A stretch of DNA of 64,000 nucleotides from an uncultured Bacteroidota bacterium (GCA_902512065.1 CABXHU010000002.1:88035-152034), one strand, 5' to 3'. Counted from the stretch's first letter, positions 6,690 through 16,733 are shown. Made by a program: numbers and translations. Notes: generated by a model not told the origin, from the sequence alone.

Positions 6690-9140
6690 ATGGCAAAGAA
6701 TTTAGTAATAGTTGAGTCTCCAGCAAAAGCAAAAACAATAGAGAAATTTTTGGGAAATGATTTTAAGGTAGCTTCAAGTTTTGGTCACATATCTGATTTA
6801 CCTTCTAAAGATCTTGGTGTAGATGTAGAGGGGGATTTTAAACCTAAATATGAAGTATCAAAAGATAAAAAGAGTGTAGTTAAGAACCTTAAAGATTTAG
6901 CTAATAAATCTGAAACAATATGGTTAGCTAGTGATGAGGACCGTGAGGGAGAGGCAATTGCATGGCATTTATTTAGACTATTAAAGCTAGAGGAAAGTAA
7001 TACAAAACGTATTGTTTTTAATGAAATTACAAAATCTGCTATTCAAAAGGCAATTGATAATCCTAGATCAATAGATTACAATCTTGTTGATGCTCAACAG
7101 GCTAGAAGAGTTTTAGATAGAATTGTTGGATATGAATTATCACCAGTTTTATGGCGAAAAATTAAGAGCGGGCTGTCTGCAGGACGAGTTCAATCAGTAT
7201 CAGTTAGATTAATAGTTGAAAAGGAAAGAGAGATTAAAGGCTTTAATTCTGAAAGTAGTTATAGGGTTGATGCTGAATTTATAACAAAAAATGGAAAAAA
7301 TTTAAAGGCAAAACTTGAAAAAACATTTAATAATAAGGAGAGTGCTCAAAGTTTTTTAAAGAAAAATATAGATTCTAGTTTTTCAGTGGAAAGTTTAGAG
7401 AAAAAACCCTTAAAAAAATCTCCTTCTGCTCCATTTACTACTTCTACATTGCAACAGGAGGCATCTAGAAAATTGTATTTTTCTGTATCAAAGACAATGA
7501 CTGTAGCACAAAGGTTATATGAGTCAGGCCTAATAACATATATGAGAACTGATAGCGTAAATCTTTCGAATTTAGCTAAGGATTCTGCTAAAGATCATAT
7601 TGTAAAAAATTATGGAAATCAATATTCTAGCACAAAATCATATAAAACAAAGTCTAAAGGCGCACAGGATGCTCATGAAGCAATCAGACCAACAGACTTT
7701 TCAATGATAGGAGATAATATTGCAGATAATGATCAAAAAAGATTATATCAATTAATTTGGAAAAGAACTATTGCGTCTCAAATGACTGATGCTGCTTTAG
7801 AAAAAACAAATGTTAAAATAAAATCCTCTAATCATGAAATTTTATTTGCTTCAACGGGTCAAATAGTCAAATTTGACGGGTTTTTAAAAGTCTATTCTGA
7901 AGTAAAGGGCGATGAAGTCGAAGAAGATAATTCTATTTTACCTAAAGTTGATTTGAATGAAGATTTAAAGTTTACTTATATCAGGGCTAATCAGAGATTT
8001 TCTAGACCTCCATTTAGATATACGGAAGCATCATTAGTAAAAAAACTAGAAGATTTAGGAATTGGAAGGCCTTCAACTTACGCACCTACTATATCTACAA
8101 TTCAAAATAGAGGATATGTAGAAAAAGGAACTGTAGAAGGAGAAAAAAGAGATTATATACAATTAATTCTAGAAAATAATAAAATTATTGAAAACACGCT
8201 ACAGGAAAAAGTGGGTTCAGATAAGGGAAAATTAGTTCCAACAGATATAGGAATGATTGTAACGGACTTTTTAATAAATCATTTTGAAAACATTATGGAT
8301 TATAATTTTACGGCTAGTGTTGAAAAAGATTTTGATAATATAGCCGATGGTAAACAAGAATGGACATCAATGATGAAGGAATTTTACAAAAAATTTCATC
8401 CTGTAGTAGAAGATGTGAGTAAAAATGCTGAAAGGGAATCGGGAAAAAGGATATTGGGAGTTCATCCTGAAAATAAAAAAGAAATAAGTGTTAGATTAGG
8501 AAAATTTGGACCAATGATTCAAATTGGGACTGTTGAGGATGAGGAAAAACCTGTTTTTGCAAGTTTGCCCCCTGAAATGCAGATTGAGTCAGTGACATTA
8601 GAGCAGGCGCTTGATTTGTTTTCCTTGCCTAGGGAATTAGGAGAGTATAATAACGAAGTCATTTTAGCTAACAATGGAAGGTATGGACCATATGTAAAAT
8701 ATGGGAAAAAATTTGTTTCAATCCCAAAAGGGAAGTCTCCATTGTCCATTTCAATTGAAGAAGCCGTGGAGTTTATAAAGATTAAGGAAAAATCAGAAGC
8801 ACCAATATATAATTATGAGGGATTAGATGTACAAAAAGGTAAAGGGAAGTTTGGGCCATTTATTAAGTGGAATAATATGTTTATCAACGTTGGAAAAAAA
8901 TATGATTGGGATAACTTATCTGAAAATGACATTATTGAGCTTATTGAGGATAAAAAGAAAAAAGAAAAGGAGAAGCTTATTCATAACTGGTCAGATGAAA
9001 ATATAAGAGTTGAAAAGGGGAAATGGGGTAAAATATATATTATTAAGGGAAAAATTAGAAAAGAATTATCTAAATCGATTGATCCAAAAGAATTAACTCT
9101 TGATGATGCTATAAAAATACTAGATAATAAAAAAGAATAG
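6690..9140 (+). CDS. topA: DNA topoisomerase I
   Basis: N-terminal Toprim segment MAKNLVIVESPAKAKTIEKFLG. Contains DEDREGEAIAWH and the active-site region LITYMRTDS. The lysine-rich C-terminal repeats are typical of Bacteroidota TopA. Confidence 0.95.
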   Translation: MAKNLVIVESPAKAKTIEKFLGNDFKVASSFGHISDLPSKDLGVDVEGDFKPKYEVSKDKKSVVKNLKDLANKSETIWLASDEDREGEAIAWHLFRLLKLEESNTKRIVFNEITKSAIQKAIDNPRSIDYNLVDAQQARRVLDRIVGYELSPVLWRKIKSGLSAGRVQSVSVRLIVEKEREIKGFNSESSYRVDAEFITKNGKNLKAKLEKTFNNKESAQSFLKKNIDSSFSVESLEKKPLKKSPSAPFTTSTLQQEASRKLYFSVSKTMTVAQRLYESGLITYMRTDSVNLSNLAKDSAKDHIVKNYGNQYSSTKSYKTKSKGAQDAHEAIRPTDFSMIGDNIADNDQKRLYQLIWKRTIASQMTDAALEKTNVKIKSSNHEILFASTGQIVKFDGFLKVYSEVKGDEVEEDNSILPKVDLNEDLKFTYIRANQRFSRPPFRYTEASLVKKLEDLGIGRPSTYAPTISTIQNRGYVEKGTVEGEKRDYIQLILENNKIIENTLQEKVGSDKGKLVPTDIGMIVTDFLINHFENIMDYNFTASVEKDFDNIADGKQEWTSMMKEFYKKFHPVVEDVSKNAERESGKRILGVHPENKKEISVRLGKFGPMIQIGTVEDEEKPVFASLPPEMQIESVTLEQALDLFSLPRELGEYNNEVILANNGRYGPYVKYGKKFVSIPKGKSPLSISIEEAVEFIKIKEKSEAPIYNYEGLDVQKGKGKFGPFIKWNNMFINVGKKYDWDNLSENDIIELIEDKKKKEKEKLIHNWSDENIRVEKGKWGKIYIIKGKIRKELSKSIDPKELTLDDAIKILDNKKE

Positions 9141-9157
9141 ATTAATTTAGCCCTATA

Positions 9158-10348
9158 ATGGATCCCAACTTTTTAACCTCTGTTCAAGACAATATTTTAA
9201 CGCCTGTTGAGGATCATATACTTTCTCATAATAAGATAATTTCAGCATTAATTTTAGGTAATAAAATAAGTGTTCATACAAAAGAAAATGGCGTCCCCAA
9301 TATTGACAAAGTTGATATTGCTATTATTGGTGTTCCAGAGAATAGAAATGATATTAATTATATAGGAGAAGATATAAATCTTGGTGAAATAAGAAAATCT
9401 TTTTATTCATTATATCCAGGAAATTGGTCTATTAAAATTGCTGATTTTGGCGATATTAATCCAGGCGAAACCGTTGATGATACTTATGAGATCGTAAGAT
9501 CAATTATTTCATATTTTATCAAAAATGATGTTATTCCAGTTATTATTGGTGGAAGTCAGGATTTAACCTATGCAAACTACAGAGCTTATGATGATTTTAA
9601 GAAAACAATAAATATAGTTAATGTTGATTCTAACTTTGATTTAGGAGATTCGTCAAAACCCATAAAAAACAATAGTTACCTTGGAAAGATAATTTTGGAG
9701 GAGCCACATAATCTTTTTAACTATACTACATTAGGATATCAAACATATTATAATCCTCAAATTGAGATAGATTTGATGGAAAAACTATATTTTGAAGCCT
9801 ATAGATTAGGTGAGGTGTGTAATAATATCACTTCAGCTGAACCTGTAATGAGAGATGCGGATATAGTAACCATAGATCTTAGGTGTATTAAATCCTCTGA
9901 ACTAAGTTCAAGACAAAAATTATCTCCAAATGGTTTTGATGGTAAGGAAATTTGCTCAATAAGCAGATATGCAGGGATTAGTAATAAGGTTTCCTCATTT
10001 GGAATTTTTGAGTATAGATCATCTAATGAAGATGAAATTACTGAGATGTTAATAGCACAAATATTGTGGTATTTTATAGAAGGAGTTAACTGTAGAATTA
10101 TAGATAATGATTTTACAAACATTGCTAGTTTTCAAAAATTCATGGTGGAAGTTGATAAATATGAACTAATTTTTTACAAGAGCATAAAGACCGCTAGATG
10201 GTGGATTGAGATACCAAATTCTTCAAATAAAAATAATAAACTAAAAGAACATTCGTTATTATCCTGTACGCATGATGATTATCAGAATGCAAATGATGGA
10301 ATTATACCAGAGAGATGGTACAAAGCTCATAAAAAAAATATTATATAG
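9158..10348 (+). CDS. Arginase/formimidoylglutamase-family (ureohydrolase fold) protein with degenerate metal-binding motifs
   Basis: The layout is ureohydrolase-like, with IIGGSQDLTY in place of GGDHS, VNVDSNFDLGD in place of DAHxD, and VTIDLRCIKS in place of SxDxDxxDP. Confidence 0.6.
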   Translation: MDPNFLTSVQDNILTPVEDHILSHNKIISALILGNKISVHTKENGVPNIDKVDIAIIGVPENRNDINYIGEDINLGEIRKSFYSLYPGNWSIKIADFGDINPGETVDDTYEIVRSIISYFIKNDVIPVIIGGSQDLTYANYRAYDDFKKTINIVNVDSNFDLGDSSKPIKNNSYLGKIILEEPHNLFNYTTLGYQTYYNPQIEIDLMEKLYFEAYRLGEVCNNITSAEPVMRDADIVTIDLRCIKSSELSSRQKLSPNGFDGKEICSISRYAGISNKVSSFGIFEYRSSNEDEITEMLIAQILWYFIEGVNCRIIDNDFTNIASFQKFMVEVDKYELIFYKSIKTARWWIEIPNSSNKNNKLKEHSLLSCTHDDYQNANDGIIPERWYKAHKKNII

Positions 10349-10419
10349 CAGATTAAAACAAAAAAAGATAGAAATTACAATGTCTATTATTTAGGTATAT
10401 TTTATTTTTCTTATTCATA

Positions 10420-10427
10420 TAAATTTG
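10420..10427 (+). promoter_or_regulatory. Candidate -7 promoter box TAaaTTTG upstream of gldK
   Basis: TAnnTTTG match, 62 nt upstream of the gldK ATG. Confidence 0.35.
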
Positions 10428-10488
10428 TTTTTTTGCATAAATAGGGGTAAGTTTACCCACTTTTTTAACTGTTAAAACAAGTAGAAAA

Positions 10489-11997
10489 ATGAGGAAATTA
10501 TTAGCGATTTGTTTATTATTTGTGTTTGCTTTAAGTTGTGGATCCAAAGGAAATCAAGCTGTTACTGGCAAGAAGTCTAAAGGGGAGCTAGTTGGAGTAA
10601 AGGGTAAAAAATACTTTCCTGAAAAACCATTCGGAATGGTTTTAATTCCTGGAGGCGCCTATATTATGGGTAAATCTGATGATGATCTTCCTGCACTGGA
10701 GGATGCCCCTACAAAAACTGTTACTGTTAGATCTTTCTATATGGATGAAACAGAGGTCACAAATGCTGAATATAGGCAATTTGTTTACTGGGTAAGAGAT
10801 TCAGTGATTAGAACAGCTCTTGCTAACAGAGCTGAAGATGTAACTAGTGGAGAACCTATAGAGGGTGGTGGTGATGGAATTACCCAATTTGCATATATTG
10901 ATGCAGACACTTCTGGTTTAAGTGTATATGATAAATATATGAAGGATGTATATGAAAAAAGAAAGCTGAATTGGGATGTTGATTTAATTTTTGAAAGAAG
11001 TGAATATCCAGACGAAGATTATTTAGAAGTAATGGAGAATTTTTTCATTCCTGAGGATGAAGTTTTTAACGATGTAAGGACATGGGATGTTACAAATTTT
11101 AAGTTTGCCTATTTAGACAGCAGGGTTCAGGAGTATTTAGACGAAAAACGAATATTAATTGAAGCACTTGCAAATGATGAGATAGCTCCAATATATAATC
11201 CATCGGACAAGCAACTAGAAGAAGAATTTCCTGGCTTTAAAAGATCTAATTTTATAACTAGAGAAACACTTGAAATTTACCCTGACACAACAGTTTGGAT
11301 TACTGATTTTAAATATTCTTATAATGAGCCAATGCATAATGATTATTTTTGGCATGATGCATACAGTACTTATCCTGTGGTTGGTATTACTTGGAAACAG
11401 GCAAATGCATTTTGTCAATGGAGAACAAACACTAAAAATGCTTATCAAAGAACAAAAAAGAAAAAAAGTTTAGTCCCAGAATTTAGATTGCCAACTGAGG
11501 CAGAATGGGAATACGCTGCAAGAGGAGGTCTTCAAAGCGCTATGTATCCATGGGGAGGTCCTTATACGAAGAATGATAGGGGTTGCTTTATGGCAAACTT
11601 TAAGCCTATGAGAGGTGACTATGCAGTAGATCAGGCATTATACACCGTAGAAGCTAATGCATATGATCCAAATGGATATAATTTGTTTAATATGGCAGGT
11701 AATGTGGCTGAATGGGTTGCTTCGTCATATGAACAAGATGCTTATGAATTTTCAGCCTCTATGAATCCAAATGTAAATAATCTTTATAATGAAAAGAAAG
11801 TCATTAGAGGTGGTTCTTGGAAAGATGTAAAATATTTTTTACAAGTAAGTTCAAGAGATTATGAATATGAAAATCAACCAAGAAGTTATATTGGCTTTAG
11901 GACAGTTCATGATTATTTAGGAGCGGATATGACTGCTAATGCAATGACCAATAGCACTACAAAAAAAAGAAACAATAAAAGAAGTACATTAAAATAA
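10489..11997 (+). CDS. gldK: Gliding motility / T9SS lipoprotein GldK (FGE-sulfatase/SUMF1 fold)
   Basis: Lipobox FALSCGS. SUMF1-type blocks are present (VTVRSFYMDETEVTNAEYRQF, RLPTEAEWEYAARGG, GNVAEWV, RGGSW). It is followed by gldL, gldM and gldN. Confidence 0.9.
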   Translation: MRKLLAICLLFVFALSCGSKGNQAVTGKKSKGELVGVKGKKYFPEKPFGMVLIPGGAYIMGKSDDDLPALEDAPTKTVTVRSFYMDETEVTNAEYRQFVYWVRDSVIRTALANRAEDVTSGEPIEGGGDGITQFAYIDADTSGLSVYDKYMKDVYEKRKLNWDVDLIFERSEYPDEDYLEVMENFFIPEDEVFNDVRTWDVTNFKFAYLDSRVQEYLDEKRILIEALANDEIAPIYNPSDKQLEEEFPGFKRSNFITRETLEIYPDTTVWITDFKYSYNEPMHNDYFWHDAYSTYPVVGITWKQANAFCQWRTNTKNAYQRTKKKKSLVPEFRLPTEAEWEYAARGGLQSAMYPWGGPYTKNDRGCFMANFKPMRGDYAVDQALYTVEANAYDPNGYNLFNMAGNVAEWVASSYEQDAYEFSASMNPNVNNLYNEKKVIRGGSWKDVKYFLQVSSRDYEYENQPRSYIGFRTVHDYLGADMTANAMTNSTTKKRNNKRSTLK

Positions 11998-12034
11998 TAA
12001 ATTAAACATAACAACAAATTAAAAATTAGAAATT

Positions 12035-12565
12035 ATGGCATTAAAATTAAGTAAAAACGCAATGAATATGGCTTACGGCCTTGGAGCATCAGTAGTAATT
12101 ATTGGGGCTTTGATGAAAATTATTCACCAAGATTTAGGACCAATTACTGGAAATACTATGTTGACAATAGGTCTTGTAACAGAGGCATTAATATTTGCTA
12201 TGTCAGCATTTGACCCACCAGCAGAAGATTATGCTTGGGAAGAAGTTTATCCTGAGCTAGCTGGAGGTAAATCTGGTTCTGGTGACAAAAAGAGCCCAAA
12301 GGCTATGATGAGCGAACATATTGCAGATATGATTAAAAAAGCTGAGCTAGACCAGAGTGTTGTAAATGGTTTAACTCAAAGTATTAAAGATTTTGAAGCA
12401 TCTGCAAAAGCGGGAGCAAATAATGCAGGAGAATTAGCAAGAATCAACAAAGAATTCGCTGAAAATGCAAATAAGCTAACATCTCAAATGGAATCACTGG
12501 CTAACAATCTAGAATCTTTAAACAGTGTATATGGAGGAGTCCTTAGCGCTATGAACAAAAAGTAA
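12035..12565 (+). CDS. gldL: Gliding motility / T9SS motor protein GldL
   Basis: Two N-terminal TM helices (MNMAYGLGASVVIIGALMKIIH and TIGLVTEALIFAMSAF) followed by a coiled-coil tail. The position between gldK and gldM supports the call. Confidence 0.85.
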   Translation: MALKLSKNAMNMAYGLGASVVIIGALMKIIHQDLGPITGNTMLTIGLVTEALIFAMSAFDPPAEDYAWEEVYPELAGGKSGSGDKKSPKAMMSEHIADMIKKAELDQSVVNGLTQSIKDFEASAKAGANNAGELARINKEFAENANKLTSQMESLANNLESLNSVYGGVLSAMNKK

Positions 12566-12612
12566 CAAAAGAAAACTTTGTTAAATAATATTAATTTTTA
12601 AAAAATAAAATT

Positions 12613-14259
12613 ATGGCAAGTGGTAAAGAAACTCCAAGGCAGAAGATGATTAACCTTATGTATTTAGTATTTATAGCAATGCTTGCTTTAAATATGTCAA
12701 AAGAAGTATTAACAACTTTTGGAGAAATAGATGCAAAGGTTAGTAAGTCTACTACCAATATTAAAGCTAAAAACTCTTCTGATCTAGAAGATCTAGCAAA
12801 AGATGCACAAACTGATGCATCAAATTGGGCTGAAGCATATGAGATGGTAGATCAAATATCATCTTTAGCAAATGAATTGGATTCATATATTAATAGTGAG
12901 GTTAAATTTCCTATTGTAATGAAGGAAGATAAATATGACAAAAACAGAGACGGAAACACAAAGGATTTAATACCTGATTATGAACAAATGGATAATGCAA
13001 AAGAATACGATGAACTATTTTTTGATGGCGATAAATTCACCGCTACTGGAGATAGTTTACTAATGTATATTGATAGATTTAGAGAAGGATCTATTACTGC
13101 ATTAGACAGTCTAAAGGAAGGAATACAACCAGAGAGTGTAAAAGATGAAATTAAAGCATTAATTACTGAAAAATTCTCAAGTAATAATGTAATTGATGGT
13201 AAAGGAATAGAAAAATCCTGGTTAGAATACAATTATATGCATTTCCCTCAGATAGCATCTACTACAAAATTAACATTGATGCAAGAAAATGCACAGAATA
13301 TTGTTGCTAGATTAATTGCTGCAATAAGGGGAGAGACATTAACTGAAATAACTAAAGCAAATAAACAAACAGCATTTGCACAAGGAGTAGATGTATTTTT
13401 TACAGGACAAAAATTAGATGGGAAAGTTGTTTTAGGAAAGTATGATGATAATTTATTTGCTAATAGAGTAACTATTAATGGAAAAGAATATATGGGACCT
13501 GATGTAATGGAAGGCGGACAAGTTGATCTTGAGAAAGTAGGCATTAATGTTGGAGGAACACCAGGTGAGAAATCATTAAAGGTAAAATTTGAATTTGACA
13601 GATTTGAAAACAAAAAAGATACTACCTATGTTGTTGAAATGGATCACAAATATGCTGTTGTTCCATCATTAGCAAATATTAGTAATCCTGACATGTATGT
13701 AGTATACAAGGATTTAGAAAACACTTTAAATATATCTATGGCAGGTGTTGCAGATAATAAACTGCAAATATTACAGCCTAAATCACTTAAAAAGAAATCT
13801 GATGGTGTTTATGTAATGAAGGGAGAAAAAGGTAAAAAGAATAAATCTGGAGATAATGTAGTTGATATACTTGTTGGAGTTAAAGGAACTAATGTTACAA
13901 GTAAGGTTACATTTGAAGTTCTAAATATTCCTGATCCAGTTGCTTCATTTAATGGAAAGCCAAGAGTGACTAAGTCTTCTAGAAAGCGTATAGCAACTAG
14001 TAAAATTCAGGCATCATTTGCTGATCCAAAATTAGCAAAGGCATTAAAACTTGATATTGAAAGTTTTGTAGTTAAAATAGGTACTGCTCAGAAAAAAGTA
14101 ACTGGTAGCTCCTCTTTTCCTAAATCTATTAGAGATGCAATAGTAAAAAATGCAAGAAAAAATTCAGTAATAACTATTAAAGATATTGTTTGTACTTCAA
14201 AAAAGTATCCGAAGAAAAACTTTCTTCCTTTACCAATATCTATGGAGGTTGTTGATTAA
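12613..14259 (+). CDS. gldM: Gliding motility / T9SS protein GldM
   Basis: The N-terminus ETPRQKMINLMYLVFIAMLALNMSKEVL is the conserved GldM TM segment. A long periplasmic region follows, and synteny supports the call. Confidence 0.9.
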   Translation: MASGKETPRQKMINLMYLVFIAMLALNMSKEVLTTFGEIDAKVSKSTTNIKAKNSSDLEDLAKDAQTDASNWAEAYEMVDQISSLANELDSYINSEVKFPIVMKEDKYDKNRDGNTKDLIPDYEQMDNAKEYDELFFDGDKFTATGDSLLMYIDRFREGSITALDSLKEGIQPESVKDEIKALITEKFSSNNVIDGKGIEKSWLEYNYMHFPQIASTTKLTLMQENAQNIVARLIAAIRGETLTEITKANKQTAFAQGVDVFFTGQKLDGKVVLGKYDDNLFANRVTINGKEYMGPDVMEGGQVDLEKVGINVGGTPGEKSLKVKFEFDRFENKKDTTYVVEMDHKYAVVPSLANISNPDMYVVYKDLENTLNISMAGVADNKLQILQPKSLKKKSDGVYVMKGEKGKKNKSGDNVVDILVGVKGTNVTSKVTFEVLNIPDPVASFNGKPRVTKSSRKRIATSKIQASFADPKLAKALKLDIESFVVKIGTAQKKVTGSSSFPKSIRDAIVKNARKNSVITIKDIVCTSKKYPKKNFLPLPISMEVVD

Positions 14260-14268
14260 TTATATGAT

Positions 14269-15753
14269 ATGAAAATTAATAACATTGTCTACATATTTGT
14301 TTTTCTATTTTGCTCAAATGCAGTCTATTCTCAGTATAGATCTGGAATAAGTAACTTGTTGAATGCAAAAGATCCTAAGGATGTTGGGATAAGAACTGCT
14401 CAGCAGATTATTGCAGATGAACAGAATCCATTAGAATATGGAATAGTTGAAGACAAGGATATTCTTTGGTCTACAATGATTTGGGAAGTGATAGACCTTG
14501 ATGAAAGAATTAATTTCCCATTATTATATCCAGTGGATACTACTGTAGTAGGTCCAGAGAGAAGACCAATGATTTGGTGGTTAAAGCAAGAGATTACTAA
14601 AGGAAAGTTGGATGTATATGATCCCGAATCAGAAGATGGGGAATTTCGTAGAAAATTAACAGATCCGATGGAACTAGAAAACATTTGGAGAAAACAATCA
14701 GTTTTAGAAGCAGGAAAAGTTACTATTGAAGATTTTCAATCTTTTATTGATGAAGATGTTTTGACAAAAGAATTTGATAGGTTTGGATTTGTTCCTTATG
14801 AGTATTATGATGTTGAAAGAGAAGAGCTTGTTGTTCTTTCAGAAGAACAGAAAGCTGAAATTGCAGCTGATTCAATAGGAACAGTTTTCCCTTATACAAT
14901 TAAAAATCCACAAGATCTAAATTTTAATGTTTATGCGGATTCAGTTATATCTTTTGAACTATACAATGGATTCAGACAGGATATTCCTGTTAGAAAGGTA
15001 ATGCCTGGTTATGAAAAATCAGATCTTGAACCTGAAGAAATCACAGATATTAGAAGAATTTGTTTACAGCTAATTAGAGATTTTTGGATAGAGGACACAC
15101 ATTTTATCTGGGAAGATCTTAAATTTAGTCAAGTTAAAAAGTGGCTAGTTAAGGGATTATGGTATTTTGATAAAAAATATAGTGAATTAATATATAGACC
15201 CATAGGTCTTGCTCCAGTAGCAACAGAGATTAAAACCTTTGAAGAAATTGAAGCAGAACAAGTAGCTGGTGGTGGAGATGATTTTGGTGGTGGAGACGAT
15301 TCTGATCCATTTGCTAGCGGATCAGATGATTCTGACCCATTTGCTAGTAATACTACTGATGACACTGTTGCCGACACAACTGATGACACAGACACTGATG
15401 ATTCTTTTGACGACCCATTTGGTGGAGATGATGCATTTGGAGATGATAGTTTTGGAGGTTCTACACAAGATATTGAGGAAGCAATTCCTTTATTTTGGGT
15501 ATACTATCCTCATGCAAGGAGTATTCTAAAGAAAGGAAAAATATTTAATGATAAAAATACTTCTGCTAGTAAATCGTTTGATGATATTATTAATTCAAGA
15601 AGGTATAATGCAGTAATATACAAGGAAGAAAATGTATATGAAAATAGATATATTAGAGACTACATTCCTAATAATGCATTTATGAGATTACTTGAATCAG
15701 AGAGAATTAAAGAAAAAGTAAGAAATTTTGAACATGACATGTGGAGTTGGTAA
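14269..15753 (+). CDS. gldN: Gliding motility / T9SS protein GldN with a large acidic low-complexity insertion
   Basis: Has a signal peptide, sits after gldM, and ends in a conserved-looking C-terminal region (RNFEHDMWSW). At 494 aa it is clearly longer than the roughly 330-350 aa I recall for GldN. Confidence 0.8.
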   Translation: MKINNIVYIFVFLFCSNAVYSQYRSGISNLLNAKDPKDVGIRTAQQIIADEQNPLEYGIVEDKDILWSTMIWEVIDLDERINFPLLYPVDTTVVGPERRPMIWWLKQEITKGKLDVYDPESEDGEFRRKLTDPMELENIWRKQSVLEAGKVTIEDFQSFIDEDVLTKEFDRFGFVPYEYYDVEREELVVLSEEQKAEIAADSIGTVFPYTIKNPQDLNFNVYADSVISFELYNGFRQDIPVRKVMPGYEKSDLEPEEITDIRRICLQLIRDFWIEDTHFIWEDLKFSQVKKWLVKGLWYFDKKYSELIYRPIGLAPVATEIKTFEEIEAEQVAGGGDDFGGGDDSDPFASGSDDSDPFASNTTDDTVADTTDDTDTDDSFDDPFGGDDAFGDDSFGGSTQDIEEAIPLFWVYYPHARSILKKGKIFNDKNTSASKSFDDIINSRRYNAVIYKEENVYENRYIRDYIPNNAFMRLLESERIKEKVRNFEHDMWSW

Positions 15754-15780
15754 TTTCATAAAATGTAAAAATATACTAAA

Positions 15781-15809
15781 GCGTTTAATCTAGGTTAGAC
15801 GCTTTTTTT
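15781..15809 (+). terminator. Rho-independent terminator after gldN
   Basis: GCGTTTAA-TCTAGG-TTAGACGC hairpin (8 bp including one G-U pair) followed by a T7 run. Confidence 0.6.
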
Positions 15810-15852
15810 ATTCATTAAATTGTAAAACCATTGTAGAAATTAAAAAGGGTTG

Positions 15853-15860
15853 TATATTTG
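15853..15860 (+). promoter_or_regulatory. -7 promoter box TAtaTTTG for tRNA-fMet
   Basis: TAnnTTTG match ending 12 nt before the mature tRNA 5' end. Confidence 0.5.
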
Positions 15861-15871
15861 TAGACTCACAT

Positions 15872-15941
<70 letters not shown>

Positions 15942-15944
<3 letters not shown>

Positions 15945-15990
15945 CTAAAACAATAAAACGGTTATACTTTTATAAAGTGTAACCGTTTTT
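15942..15990 (+). repeat. 49-bp direct repeat copy 1, starting in the last 3 nt of the tRNA; contains a bidirectional terminator hairpin (15958-15986)
   Basis: CTACTAAAACAATAAAACGGTTATACTTTTATAAAGTGTAACCGTTTTT matches 16734-16782 at 47/49 positions. The hairpin is ACGGTTATAC/GTGTAACCGT, flanked by A and T runs. Confidence 0.8.
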
Positions 15991-16599
15991 ACTTTTTATT
16001 TCATTAGCACAAAAGATTATCCACAAGACAAAAACCAATTCTATCATTCTTTGATATAGTCCAATATATTCAGAAGTCAAGTCTGAACTTATCACACATA
16101 CTAAAAGAAAACTGACTATTCCAAGTAAAATCGATTGCATAGAGAAACTATAATAGGTTGATTTTTTCAATCCTAATCCAATTAAAATCATTAAAAAAGG
16201 AACAAATAGATACGTTAATAATCCTGTAAAATTATGAATTAGTTGCGAAAAACTTGGATCAATTAACGCCTTATTACATCCACTATCACATGGAAATATT
16301 CCAACAACTAATGTGGCTAGCCCATAAAATATTCCGATTCCGTAAAATCCTATTTTGATTAATATGGAAGGTTGAAAATATTTAACTCCAAGAAAGCAAA
16401 ATAAGGTAATCAGAATACCGCTTGGGATGTAACCAAATATTCTTAAAATTATTCCATATTCAGTGTCAATTGCATATGATTCACTTATTAATTGACTTGC
16501 CATATTATAATTTTCAATTAAAATACCACCTAAAACAGAGGAAACAACAAAAAGACTAACTCCTATGATTCCAATTAAAAAAGTTGTTTTATTGTTCAT
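15970..16599 (-). CDS. Polytopic membrane protein (about 6 TM, DUF998-like)
   Basis: 209 aa and very hydrophobic, with about 6 predicted helices. The ISESYA segment resembles the DUF998 N-terminal motif. The last 6-7 codons (KNGYTL) are encoded inside the 49-bp repeat. Confidence 0.6.
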   Translation of the reverse strand: MNNKTTFLIGIIGVSLFVVSSVLGGILIENYNMASQLISESYAIDTEYGIILRIFGYIPSGILITLFCFLGVKYFQPSILIKIGFYGIGIFYGLATLVVGIFPCDSGCNKALIDPSFSQLIHNFTGLLTYLFVPFLMILIGLGLKKSTYYSFSMQSILLGIVSFLLVCVISSDLTSEYIGLYQRMIELVFVLWIIFCANEIKSKNGYTL

Positions 16600-16733
16600 T
16601 GATTTTTTTAAATTAATTCTATCAAAAATAGTGTTTTAAAAATAATCTTTGGACACAAGTTTTCCGATTAAATAGTTTGTTAATTCAAAATCTCTTGGCG
16701 TAAAATAAATGTTCGATATTTGGATAGAGTTAT

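Noticed and set aside
8519-8749. 76-aa minus-strand ORF within topA, and the similar antisense ORFs at 9799-10122, 11215-11448, 12978-13613 and 14400-14684
   Set aside because: All are embedded antisense in confidently identified genes. They have no recognisable motifs and show typical shadow-ORF composition.
10353-10547. 64-aa minus-strand ORF spanning the gldK promoter and start
   Set aside because: It overlaps the gldK signal-peptide coding region and promoter. Its translation is AT-rich junk (NKK, FLIFLL) and no support was found.
15129-15529. ORFs 15129-15395 (-) and 15269-15529 (+) across the GldN acidic insertion
   Set aside because: These are alternate-frame and antisense readings of a GAT/GAC-rich repeat. 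Repetitive codons keep all frames open, and the GldN frame is continuous and flanked by conserved GldN sequence.
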